Assembly: GCF_009914755.1 (NCBI RefSeq)
Contig: NC_060928.1
Strand: one strand, 5' to 3'
Source of the DNA: the human T2T-CHM13v2.0 reference genome, Homo sapiens
DNA length: 64,000 nt
A model generated the notes under the pieces. The model searched no databases, had not been told where the DNA came from, and was given only the letters and a program-made list of their open reading frames with translations. This document shows positions 26,882-39,975 of the stretch, in pieces (positions within the stretch are counted from its first letter, which is position 1; the number at the start of each line of letters is the position of its first letter). A program made the translations under genes and the position numbers.

Positions 26882-28208
26882 GTGATCTTTACGGAGCCAT
26901 AGGCTCTCCAGTGAGACTGACTCGCACCGTAGTGGTAGGGAAGCAGAAGGACTTAGTCCAGCGAATACTTTATGTCCTGACCTACTTTCTCCGTTGCTCT
27001 GAGCTACAAGAGAACCAGCTGACCTGGAGTGGCAATCATGGTGAAGGTGACCAAGTTTTAAATGGGAGCAAGATCATAACAGCCTTGGAGAAAGGAGAGG
27101 TGGAGGAGTCTGAGTATGTGGTCATTACGGTGAGGAACGAGCCCGCTCTTGTACCCCCCATCCTACCACCAACAGCAGCAGAGAGACACAACCCCTGGCC
27201 GACAGGGTTTCCTGAGTGCCCAGAGGGCACTGACAGTAGAGACCTGGGTCTTAAACCTGACAAAGAAGCTAACAGGAGGCCAGAGCAGGGTTCTGAGGCT
27301 TGCAGCGCAGGGTGCCTGGGGCCAGCATCAGACGCTTCCTGGAAACCTCAGAATGCATTTTGTGGGGATGAGAAAAATAAAGAGGCACCGCAAGATGGCT
27401 CTTCAAGACTTCCCAGCTGTGAAGTTTTGGGGGCAGGAATGAAGATGGACCAGCAAGCTGTCTGTGAGCTGTTGAAAGTGGAGATGCCTACAAGACTGCC
27501 AGACCGGTCAGTGGCCTGGCCTTGCCCTGACAGACATCTCCGGGAGAAACCTTCCTTAGAAAAGGTCACTTTCCAGATTGGAAGCTTTGCATCTCCAGAG
27601 TCTGACTTTGAAAGCCGCATGAAAAAAATGGAGGAACGGGTGAAGGCCTGTGGCCCCTCCTTGGAGGCCAGTGAGGCTGCTGATGTGGCTCAGGACCCGC
27701 AGGTTTCTAGGAGCCCTTTTAAACCTGGCTTTCAGGAGAATGTTTGCTGTCCTCAGAATCGGCTTTCAGAGGGGGATGAAGGCGAGTCTGACAAGGGTTT
27801 TGCAGAGGACAGAGGCAGCAGAAACGACATGGCAGCAGATATTGCTGGGCAGCTCAGCCACGCTGCTGACTTGGGCACAGCCTCCCACGGTGCAGGAGGA
27901 ACGGGAGGGAGGAGGCTGGAGGCCACTAGAGGTTTGTATGTGAAGGCTGCGGAAGGACCTGTGCTGGAGCCTGTTGCCCCCAGGTGTGTCCAGCGGGGCC
28001 CTGGCCTCGTGGCTGGTGCGAATATCCCCTGTGGGGATGACAACAAGAAGGCCAACTTCAGGACTGAAGGAGACATTCCCCGAAATGAAAGCTCAGATAG
28101 CGCCCTGGGAGACAGTGACGACGAAGCCTGCGCTTCAGCCATGCTAGATCTGGGTCACGGTGGTGACAGGACTGGAGGGTCCTTGGAAGTGGAGCTGCCT
28201 CTGCCAAG
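26882..28208 (+). CDS. FNIP2: FNIP2 large 1327-nt coding exon (probably exon 13), phase 1 to 2
   Basis: ctctctag|GT GAT CTT TAC...CCA AG|gtaact. Overlaps the 433-aa ORF: [20 protein letters not shown]...YFLRCSEL...[10 protein letters not shown]...[15 protein letters not shown]...ELPLPR. Confidence 0.97.
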
Positions 28209-29092
28209 GTAACTCCAGCAGGCTGGGAAGTAGAGGGAACTGGGTTCAAATCCCACTTTCCTGGCCTGACACCTGTGATGTTGTTAGCCACTACTATTGT
28301 CTGCTTTACACACAGTATCTTTTTTTCCACAAAGTACTAGAAGTATTATTAATTCTATACAAACGGTTTCCCACCTGTCCTTCTTCCAAGGATGGTCACT
28401 GGCTTAGCACCACTGAGCTCACTGGGACAGGTGGCCAGTGGTTGTCTTTGCAGCTATCGTGATCCTTTGGGGAAGCCTAAGGGATGTGGTGGAGATGGGG
28501 GAGGGAATAGGGAGTTTAATTTTCTGTCAACTGCAGAGAAGGTCCGTGGCTGGCAGCAGATGCCTTGCTTCAGAGGTGGTGGATTACACTCGCCGTGTGG
28601 CCTCTCTCCTGCCGATCAGAGCAGCGTGAGGTGGTTGGGAAACAACACCTCTTTCTTAACACTCCATCAGGTTGATTATTTGGTCTGTAATGACTGAAAG
28701 CAGTAATTAGAAATTTCTTCTGTTCTTCCGCACTGTCGTGGGCACCACTCTGTGCAGATATGTCAGATTCCTAAAGCCAGGCTTTTGGCAAGAGCCCTTC
28801 CTGAAACATTTTCTTTGGTCAGTATTTTGACACAGACTGCCTGGTGGATGTCCAATATGAGGTACAAAAACAAACTCATAACTAGCCATGGATAGTTTTT
28901 TTTTCTTCCAGCCTTCCACTTTAAAAAACTCCCTTTTCTCCCACCTGTGATCCACTTACTTGAGGGTTGGTGACATGGACCACCCTGAATCTATTTTATT
29001 TACCTGTATCATTGGAGTGCTTGTACCAATTATAATGAAAGAAAAAAGTACATTTTTAGCTGTGCATTTTAATGGGCCACATGTTGTTTTAG

Positions 29093-29249
29093 GTCTCAGA
29101 GCATCAGCACCCAGAATGTAAGGAACTTTGGCCGCTCACTTCTGGCGGGCTACTGCCCCACATACATGCCTGATCTTGTGCTTCATGGGACCGGCAGTGA
29201 TGAGAAGCTGAAGCAGTGCCTGGTGGCCGACCTTGTCCACACAGTCCAT
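29093..29249 (+). CDS. FNIP2: FNIP2 coding exon (probably exon 14), phase 2 to 0
   Basis: ttttag|G...CAT|gtaagt. Encodes [32 protein letters not shown]...DLVHTVH. Confidence 0.95.
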
Positions 29250-31647
29250 GTAAGTGATCCCAGTGTGGAGCCTCTGGCTGCTGACAGTGTGTCAGTCAAG
29301 GTCTTGGCTGACAACAGGTGTTTAGACTGAAGAGAGACTAGTTAAGGGGTTGTTTATGGAGATGTGGGCAGGGTTATGGGAACCAGCTAGGGCTAGTGAG
29401 GCACCTGGGGCCTAGCAGCAGCTGGAAGCTAGAAAGCACACCTGGGCCTGACAGAGTAAGGGGAGGGTGCGTGACATCAGAGCCCTGGAGAACCTAAGCC
29501 AGGACGAGGGGCGGCCTGGCTGCAGGAGCAGTGAGGAGGGGGTGACTTCCTGCCATCCCTCCTCCCATTCTCTGGTCTCTTTCTGGTGCCTCTCATTGGC
29601 TGAGCCCGGCTGAAAGCCAGAGAGCAGGGGCACAGCTGATGCAGACACACAGCCTTGTGGTGCATAGAGGTCAGCCTCCTGGGGCCCAGAACAGAACACA
29701 GAAGGGCAAGGAGCTGCTCTGGGGGTGGTGGGTTAGCAGATAGGCTGGGCAAATGGAATAAACAGCACAGATGGTGACAATTATATGCCGTCACGGTGAG
29801 GACCGAAGAGGTGTCACATGTGGTTTGTTTTTTATCTGATGCTTAAACAAGTTCCTAAAAGTAATTTATTTTAACTGATTTGTCATTAAGTTCACTTTGA
29901 TGGCTGCATGAGGATGACTGTATAAAGATTAATAAGTCTCACTGAAAAAATTGCCTCGTGGCTGCTATTAAGTGCTTTTCTGCTATCTGCAGGGCAACAG
30001 GAACTAAGCAGTTAAGGAAACTGTCAATCTGATGGGCCTGTTTTTAACTGAGCTGTTATTGGGCAGATGTGCAAAAATAGACATTTTGTATTAGAAACAT
30101 TTTGTATCTTGTGCAATAGGGAAAGTCCTCATCGCATTAAGAAAATCAGAATTTGGCCTGTTACCTACCTCCTTGGCCAACAAGTATTTTTTTTTTTGAG
30201 GTGGAACAAAAGGCATTGCATGTTATCTTTGGCCTTGAGCATCTCCTCTGTGAAGACCAAACATCAGGCACAGGCTAAACAGGCTAAGTATATTTATGTG
30301 AAGTGGGAAAAAAACTCAGTAGTGAAGCAGATGTCAACATAACCTCCCTCAATGGGGAGGGCTAAGAGATGAGGATAGGGCCATCAGAAGCTGGGGAAAG
30401 CCAGCCCAGTGTACACGTGTGTGGCCAAACGTTCCTAACCCCACCCCTGCTTTGTGGTCACATGCCACCCCTCACCAGGATACTCCTGGGATGAAACTAT
30501 GAAGTTGCTTTTGTCCCTATAATATCATAATTATTTAATATCATAATTTCTCTTTATAGTTATGAACACCATATAGTCATTTATCATTTCATGAGTCCAT
30601 GCATCAATGACCCCTGTAAGAAAAATGCCCTCATTGTATAATGCTAAGTTGTCCAAAACGATGTCTGATGCTTTGGCAATTTCACAGGCTGTATTTATGT
30701 GTGTTTAGTAACTGCCTATAACATTAAGGCACCTTTTCTGTCCGCTCCTATTGTTTATATTCACACATGCCAAACTGTGAGTTGTTTTTTTTTTTCTGCT
30801 CTGCTATCATTTTGATTTCTAACAATATTGGTGTTGGTTATTGGACCTTCCTTCCATGAAGCCCAGTGAGCTGCTTCTGACAGAGGTACCAAGAGACTAC
30901 AGGGGAACTAATGGGATTGTCCTCAGTGACATCAGTTTTACCAGCTGGGGACTTTGTTTGAATGCCCTGGATTTACTCACTGACCACTCTGGAAATGCAA
31001 TCTATTGATTGATAACCCTCCTTGAACTTATCTGTAAAACCATTCATGAAATATTTTATGTTTCCATAGGCTGGCAAGTTCTCATTTTTGTGTGTTAGAT
31101 TTTCATGGTGACCCTCTGGCTCTATAATTCTTTTATTTGAAAAAACACAACCATGTTTACTCTGTCATTACTCTTCAAGCTTTTTCGTATTTCATTTTCC
31201 CTTCCTTTTAGAAGGAGTGTTTTCACACTGTAGCTTTTCTCATTTCTTTATGCAATCACCCTGAGAGATCGAAAGTTATTAAGCATAATAACCTATATTG
31301 TGTCAAATTGTGGGTACATCCAAAGTGCAGCCATGCGTGGGTGTTAATAGGAAATTCCAAAGGGTTCATAAAAATATCTTCAGAAGTTTAATACATTCAG
31401 AATATATCCAATTAGCATTAGTGGATTTCTAATTTCACTTGACACATTCATCATAATGAATTTTGCTTTTGAAGTAGTGTTCTGTTTAAACTGGCGCTCT
31501 GGTCTATGGTAGTGTTTTTTTTTTTTTTTTTTAAAAACAGGCTTACTTTCAACATCCATTTACAAACATTTGTTGAAAAATATTTTAGGAGTATTTGTTT
31601 AAACATTATTCCGAATTTACTGCTCCATAAAGCCTAGTGAATATTTA

Positions 31648-31940
<293 letters not shown>

Positions 31941-32129
31941 AAAAACAAACCTATTTTTTGAACATTAATTTCAGTGCTCATGCTAGATTTCAGCAGGCTT
32001 TGGTACTCATAATTCTTTTTAGAGAAGGATTTTTAACTGTTTAAAAGCAATTGATTCCAGTTATTGATCTCTTTTCTAGACCTGTGCACAATTTGGATTT
32101 AATAATCTGTCTTATGTAAATTAAATGTG

Positions 32130-32135
32130 GTGGTT

Positions 32136-32168
<33 letters not shown>

Positions 32169-32287
32169 TGTTTTTTTTGAGGTGGGATCTTCCTGTATTG
32201 CCCAGGCTGGACTTGAACTGGGCTCATGTGATCCTGCCTCATTCTCCCAAGTAGACAGGATTATAGGCACAGGCCACTGTACCTGGC
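32130..32287 (-). mobile_element. Alu monomer (FLAM-like)
   Basis: (tttttg)n tail followed by gaggtgggatcttcctgtattgcccaggctgg. Confidence 0.75.
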
Positions 32288-33179
32288 TCTAAATGTACAC
32301 TTTTATAACTGCTAGTTTGGAGTTTTTCTCTCATTGAGAGATTGCTTTGTAATGCTTCCAATGTTAAGAATTTTTTTGTACTTTTCTTATCCTAGTCTCT
32401 TATGAAAGAAAGATATAGTAACTACTTCATCAATTTTCATTTTTATTACTGACTTTCACATATCAAGATTCAGAAGTTCTTTAAATATTTAAACACGTAT
32501 TCTTGTTTAGTCCATATACTACCTCTTTTCTGTCATTTGAACTCTCTCTGCCTCCTAATATATAGGTTATACAGCTGCCTTAAATTAGTGTAAAGTAATA
32601 CGGTTTCAGTTTTTTTCTTGCCACATCTTGTGCATTCTTTCCTCTGTTTTCCTTTTGACTTTAAATGGAAAGAGAGCAGGCGTATGCGCCAGCAGCATTC
32701 TATGCCTGTGACTCCTGAGTAGCCTTTTCCCTCTCCTTTTTCCTCTTGTGTCTGGCCTGTGAATACAGCTGACTGTATACAGGGTTACTGTTGGGGTTAT
32801 TGTGGGGCAGTGTAAGGTGATGAAGATCTCACTGACTTAGTGTTGATGGCTTGAGTTTGAGTCCTGGTATTACCACTCGTTTGTTGATAATCTTAGGTAA
32901 ATAAACTGGCATTGCTAAGCCCCAGAAAAATGTATTTAGTGGAACAGATGAAATATGATTCAGTGGTTAGGAAGTTAACTTCTGAAGACAGACAAACCTA
33001 AGTTTGAATCATGGTTCACCCCTTAGTGGCTTTGTGGCCTTGGGCAAGTTTCTTTAATTTTCTTATCTATACTGTGAACAGTACTTACATCATAGGTTTG
33101 GTCTGAAGATTCTGTGAGATAATGCATATCAAGTGGTTAGCACTTTGCCAGGCACATTGTTAAGTGCCCAATAAATGTG

Positions 33180-33460
33180 GGCCAAATGTGATAGCTCACC
33201 CCTGTAATGCCAGAGCTTTGGGAGGATCCTTTGAGATCACCCTGGGCAATATAGCAAAATCCCATCTCTAGCAAAAAAAAAAAAAAAAAAAAAAAATAGC
33301 TAGGCATGGTGGCACATGCCTGTAGTCCCAGCTACTCAGGAGACTGAGGCAGAAGGCTTGCTTAAGCCAAATGTTCAATGCTTCAGTGAGCTGTGATCAT
33401 TGCCACTGCACTCCAGCCTGGGTAACAGAGCAAGACCTCATCTCAGTAAATAATAATAAT
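33180..33460 (+). mobile_element. AluJ
   Basis: Diverged dimer with an internal deletion in the left arm. Confidence 0.85.
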
Positions 33461-33587
33461 AATATATGTAAAAGTGCTTTGTAAATGATACAGCAATATA
33501 TCATGTTTTTAATATGGGAGAGCAGAATGACAACCATTATTTTCGTAAAAATGAAAATTACTGTCAGAGATAAGAAAGCTATATATG

Positions 33588-33908
33588 GGCCAGGCACGGT
33601 GGCTCATGCCTGTGATCCCAGCACTTTGGGAGGCCGAGGTGGGCTGATTGCCTGAGCTCAGGAGTTTGCGACCAGCCTGGGGAACACAGTGAAACCCCGT
33701 CTCTACTAAAATACAAAAAAAAAAAAAGTTGCCAGGTGTGGCAGCGGGTGCCTGTAGTCCCAGCTACTTGGGAGGCTGAGGCAGGAGAATTGCTTGAACT
33801 CGGGAGGCAGAGAGGTTGCAGTGCGCTGAGATCATGCCACTGCACTCCAGCCTGAGCAATAGAGCGAGACTGTCTCAAAAAAAAAAAAAAAGAAAAGAAA
33901 GAGAAAAG
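33588..33908 (+). mobile_element. AluS
   Basis: Full dimer with TSD aagaaagctatat. Confidence 0.92.
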
Positions 33909-34302
33909 AAAGCTATATGCGTATGTACTTAAAGTTCTCCTAACTAGTCAATGGCCTTGTCAATCCCAGGGGACTACTGTTGGGAATGATTGAACAGAAC
34001 CTGTACACACATTCATTGAGTGCTAAAAGCATTCACTTTTGCTTTGCCCAGGAGCAGACTGGACAGCTCTAACTCTGCAGGGCAGGGTCATCAAGACCAA
34101 AATTAACACTACGTTTTGATGTTTTTTAAAAAACAACTATGCTCCAGGGCTTCAAGCATTTTACAGAATAATTTATAAGATGAAGTAACCATTGGATACA
34201 GCAGCCTCTTCCATTTAATTTTAAGCGTAGCAACAGATTGACTCCAGAAATATCATGCAGGAATCAGTAGCACAGATAAAGAGCTTTGCTAAAAGCCTGG
34301 CT

Positions 34303-34305
<3 letters not shown>

Positions 34306-34351
<46 letters not shown>
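34306..34351. repeat. (AT)n microsatellite
   Basis: About 23 uninterrupted AT units. Confidence 0.95.
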
Positions 34352-34353
<2 letters not shown>

Positions 34354-36551
34354 TCATGAATACCTAATTAGTCCATGCAGTGCAATCAACCTGTAGGACT
34401 ATAAAAGAACAGCAAGTCCCTTCAAATGGTAAATCATTACTTAAGTAACACAGATAACATTAAATACCTCAGGTCAGCAACAACCTTAAAATCAATAGGA
34501 TACAAAGAAAACATCTATGTAGGACAAATCCACTATTTTGGAACATCTCTCGTTGTTTTCTTTTCCCCATGTTTGGATAATAAACATGGCAGTGCCTCAG
34601 GCCTCTAGCACTGTCTTCTATAGCCACAGCCCTCAATACAACACTACCTATGTCCACTGGCCTATGGAGCACTTTTAAAACTACATATTTTGACCTATAA
34701 ATGGGTTTTGATTACCAGTTTTTTTAATGATATAGAACTAAAATCATCACACATTAGGCTTCTTATTGATTAGTGAAACCTTTGTATTATGTGTGTGTGT
34801 ATTTATACACATGTGCACACATGTCACACTTGTATGCATATGGCATGTCATGCCAGGTTATGTCATATAAGCATGTATGCCAGGTCATGATGTTAAAATG
34901 TATTTCTTATCATGGATTGTGGTTAAAAAAAATACTGATCTCTGGGTATCCCCAACTCCAATCTGAAATCATTGTGATTCTCTCGCCTTCTCAATGTGAC
35001 TAGTCTTTTTAAAGTTCCTTTTGATCTTCCCAAATGGCATCCCTGTGTCCACTTTACCCACTTCCACCGCCTTGTGCAGTGCTGCAAGAGGACTTTCTAA
35101 AGCATGAGACAATCATTTACTCTTTTGCTTGAATAGCTTCCTATTTTCTAAGAGACTAAACTGTAAACTCCATAGCTGGAATTGCCCCTTTTATGTCCTT
35201 CAAATATACACACATACCCCTGTATCTCCTCTTATGCCCCAGTAACACTGTTTGCCATTCTTTAAATAGTCCACCTTTCCTCACACCTCTCTGCCTATCA
35301 GATTATGCTTTCTTTGCCTAGGACACTATTGAACAAACTTTTTTACATTTTTGAAGACCCATTTCATATGTTGCCTCTTCTTCAAAATCATTCCAGGCCC
35401 CATATCCCTGTTCTGTTCCAGATGTGTTCCTCTACTAGGGCTTCAGGTGCCTTGAAGCAGAAAGCAGGGACTTTATTTTCCTTATATTCCCAGCACCTTG
35501 CCTGGTGCCTGGCACATAGAAAGTGCTCACTAACGTTAGTTGACTCTTCCCCATAAAACTGGGGTTAGAGTCATGTGTGTCTATTACTTTAGTGTGGCCC
35601 TTTCTTCTGAAGTAAAGAGAGATGGGAGATGATCTTTCTTTAAAGAAACTTAAAGGGGAAGAGTAAGATGTTTAGACATGCCTGCAGCTCTGTGTGTTCA
35701 TTGTCGTTACCTAAAGGAAAATAAAAGCTTATTATAGGTCTCTTGGGCTTCATGTCTCTTGCATCGTGTCAGAGTTAGACACATGTCTAATTTTGATGTT
35801 TTTCCCAAAATGTTTTACTACCTACAAGATATTTGAACATCTGTGCCATTCTCTGCAAAAAAGCTACCAACCCTCTCTCATTTTATTTTGGAGTTCCATA
35901 TCTCATCATGTAACTTGATTCTGATACCCTTTCTGACCTTGAGCACCTCTTCTCAACTTCCGACTGAATTTTACTCAGCAAGTGGCCAGCCTGAAAGTGC
36001 AGCCATTCCAGAAGTTATGTACGGTATCTTCAAGGCCACGGATTGAATTTGGGCCCTAATCAGGTGAGCACAGGCACAGATACACAGAAGATCAGACATT
36101 TTCCCGGAACCCCTCCAGACCATCTTGCCACACTTTGAACCCTTTCTTCTTTCCCTCTACCCCTAAGTCTTCATACTGTCTTCATGTATACCTACAAGGA
36201 TCCCTTAGCAATGTCCCAAGGTCCAAAATGATTAATTTTCCTCTTCCTCTTGTTTACCTTAGTACAACTCTTAAGCCTTTAGTGACTGACATTAAACCTG
36301 TTTCCAAGAGAAAAATTTCTGATAAGCAAATGCTTTTAGAGTTATGATAAGGCCATATGTGATTGTTACCCCTTCTGGTATTTTCATGTGTTAAAAATAT
36401 GTTTGATGCACTAGAAATCTCCAGTGGTGGCACTTCAGGTGGTCGAGATAACTCGTGTCACCTGATGGGGCAGAGATGCTTTTGGGTTAGAGTGGGGAGA
36501 GTCACACCTGAGAGATTTATCAGTTGAAAAATACTTATCAGGTATCTTTTA

Positions 36552-36764
<213 letters not shown>

Positions 36765-38405
36765 TCACCCACCGACCAGCCAAAAAAAAGATCTGAGGTA
36801 GGAGGATTCCAGCAACATGTACTAAACTGGTGTGGATGGCATGCCTCCCCTCTAAAACTATATAGTGATGGATAAAATATCACCATCCTCACTGCTGCCC
36901 CATTGTTATAATTCCTGTCATGAAAAAAAATGGAAATCCTTTTGTGCCAGAGATAAATGGAAATCTAAACCAAAGCAGTAAGCATGAGCTGGTCCTCCAG
37001 GATTTCAGTCTTGATACAGGTCCTAGGAATTGGGTGCTGAGTTCTCAGATTCACCCGAGGATGAAAGACTGTGGTCTTGTGTGCATGTAAGGCTTGAGAC
37101 CTGGAATCAAGCCCCTTACCTAAAGTCTGGAGCTTCAAAGAACTATTCTTCCATGAAAAGGAGACTAGAAATCACCAGACATAAGCAGTGAAGCAGCAAA
37201 GAAACAGGCTGGAAACAGGTTAGGGAAAATAAAGTCACCCATGAGAAATCAAAACCCCCTGTCTGTGCTATTTGTGGGTTTCAGGTCCAGATTTATTCTA
37301 CCCGAGTGATTTGCGAATCCCTACCCAAGAAATAAACATAAAACCAGAAGCATAGAAACCTTTAGGACTCTGGCAGAAGGAAGCACACTACTTTAGACAC
37401 TTCTACAACCACAAGCTTATGAGACGCATATAGGAAAATGAAACATAGCTCCAGTAAGATAGGCCCACGTTCAGAAATTACAAACATATGTGGGAAACCA
37501 GGAAATCATCATGAGTGGAGGGCAAGCGCATACAAGCAGGAGAATCAGCACTCCTCCAGTTGGCAATAACTATTAAAGTAGCCATGTTTAAAGTGTTTAC
37601 GGTGATAAAAAGAAGGAATTGGAACCTTAAAAAAAAGAGAGGATAATGTGATAAATGATCATTTAGATTCATGTAAGAACTAAAAACAACTTCTAAAATT
37701 GAAAAATAGTCCCTGAAATTAAAACTCCAGGTATAGGTTAAAGAACAGAGCAGATTAAATACAGCTAAAGATAATTAGAATTTGAAATGGAGGCTACTTA
37801 AGAAATTATGTTTTTGAGCTCTGAGACAAAAAGACATGAAAAATATCAAAGAGCAAGTAAAAGATGTGGTGGCCAGAGTGAAGAGACTTTATAGCATATG
37901 CAGAAAGAGAATAGAGAAAATGAGGGAAAGTAATATTCAAAGAAAGAATGGCTGGCATTTTTCAGGTTAAGTAAGCACACTGACTCCCAAGTAGGGAGAA
38001 TATTAACAAATTCACACTTAACAACTGGACATCAAAGATAAAGAAAACTCTTAGAAGTAGCTAGAGAGAAGAAGACATGGCATCTGTCCTCAGGGAGTTT
38101 GCGATCTAACAGGAAATAGAAATAAGTCAGCAGTGAAAATAGTGTGGTCAAGTGTGTGGCAGCAGGAGGCCAGGGTGCTGAGAACGTGCGCACAAGGCGG
38201 CTGTGGTGAGGACTCAGCTAGGGTCAGTAGCAGAGTGAGGATGAGAAGCAGGGAAGAGTGCAGGGCATAGTATGGCTTTTTCAGGGAACTGAAGCCCCTT
38301 TCGCTGATGACCCCTTCAGCATATCTCAGAGCTGGCTTTGCCACCAACAGGAGGTCTGTCTGTCCCCTCTTTCAGTAAAACTGCTGTCAGGAATGTCTAC
38401 TCAAC

Positions 38406-39414
38406 ATGGGATCTAATTAAAGAGCTTCTGCATGGCAAAAGAAACTACCATCAGAGTGAACAGGCAACCTACAGAATGGGAGAAAATTTTTGCAATCTAC
38501 CCATCTGACAAAGGGCTAATATCCAAATCTACAAAGAACTTAAACAGATTTACAAGAAAAAAGCTAACAACCCCATCAAAAAGTGGGCAAAGGATATGAA
38601 CAGACACTTCACAAAAGAAGACATTTATGCAGCCAACAGACACATGAAAAAATGCTCACCATCACTGGCCATCAGAGAAATGCAAATCAAAACTACAGTG
38701 AGATACCATCTCACACCAGTTAGAATGGCAATAATTAAAAAGTCAGGAAACAACAGGTGCTGGAGAGGATGTGGAGAAATAGGAACACTTTTACACTGTT
38801 GGTGGGACTGTAAACTAGTTCAACCATTGTGGAAGACAGTGTGGCGATTCCTCAAGGATCTAGAACTAGAAATACCATTTGACCCAGCCATCGCATTACT
38901 GGGCATATACCCAAAGGATTATAAATCATGCTGCTATAAAGACACATGCACACGTATGTTTATTGTGGCACTATTCACAATAGCAAAGACTTGGAACCAA
39001 CCCAAATGCCCATCAATAATAGACTGGATTAAGAAAATGTGGCACATATACACTACGGAATACAATGCAGCCATAAAAAATGATGAGTTCATGTCCTTTG
39101 TAGGGACATGGATGAAGCTGGAAACCATCATTCTCAGCAAACTATCGCAAGGACAGAAAACCAAACACCGCATGCTCACTCATAGGTGGGAATTGAACAA
39201 TGAGAACACATGGACACAGGAGGGGGAGCATCACACACTGGGACCTGTGGTGGAGTGGGGGGAGTGGGGAGGGATAGCATTAGGAGATATACCTAATGTA
39301 AATGACGAGTTAATGGGTGCAGCACACCGACATGGCACATGTATACATATGTAACAAACCTGCACGTTGTGCACATGTACCTTAGAACTTAAAGTATAAT
39401 AATAATAAAAAAAA
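38406..39414 (+). mobile_element. L1PA 3' fragment (ORF2 C-terminus, 3' UTR, A tail)
   Basis: ORF 38596-39354 translates to the L1 ORF2 C-terminus ([19 protein letters not shown]...[13 protein letters not shown]). Ends aaagtataataataataaaaaaaa. Confidence 0.95.
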
Positions 39415-39975
39415 TTCTAGCTGACTTTATATATTGGAGGAGATGGTTTAAGAATAATGAGTGATAACCAGATTTCTTTTCTCTGGATGGATTTGAGACT
39501 GAAGGGGTTTTTTGGTTTGTTTTTATTTTTTTAAAAACTGGTCTACAATTCACACACCTCTGCAGTCCTTTTAGTGGCTCTCAGTCATCCTAGTGGGGTG
39601 TGTTGGCCAAGGACGACCTTGTATGGTCTGAATCTTCAGTTCCAAGGCTATGGAGGATGCAGTTATATAGGTGGGTCTTCTCCTCTGAGGAGGCAGAGGA
39701 ATACCAAAGGGGATCTGAGGACCTTTAAGAGTAGTGCTGAGAAGGTGACTGTCATCACATTCATCATGAGCTCTTTGCATGACTGACTAAAGGCCTTTCT
39801 TACAGCTACATAAAAGCTAATATTAAGTCATGGTGCTGTAACATAAGGAGAATTATTGTGGAAAGGTATTTTGTCATGTAGCATCCTCTTATTAAAGTAC
39901 AGTTTAATAAATGTATTAAACTTATCAGAATTATATAAAATGAATAACAAATGGGAGTTCAAATGAAGCCAAAGA

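Noticed and set aside
27036-28330. Antisense and alternative-frame ORFs over the large exon
   Set aside because: These are shadow ORFs expected opposite GC-rich coding sequence, with no independent support.
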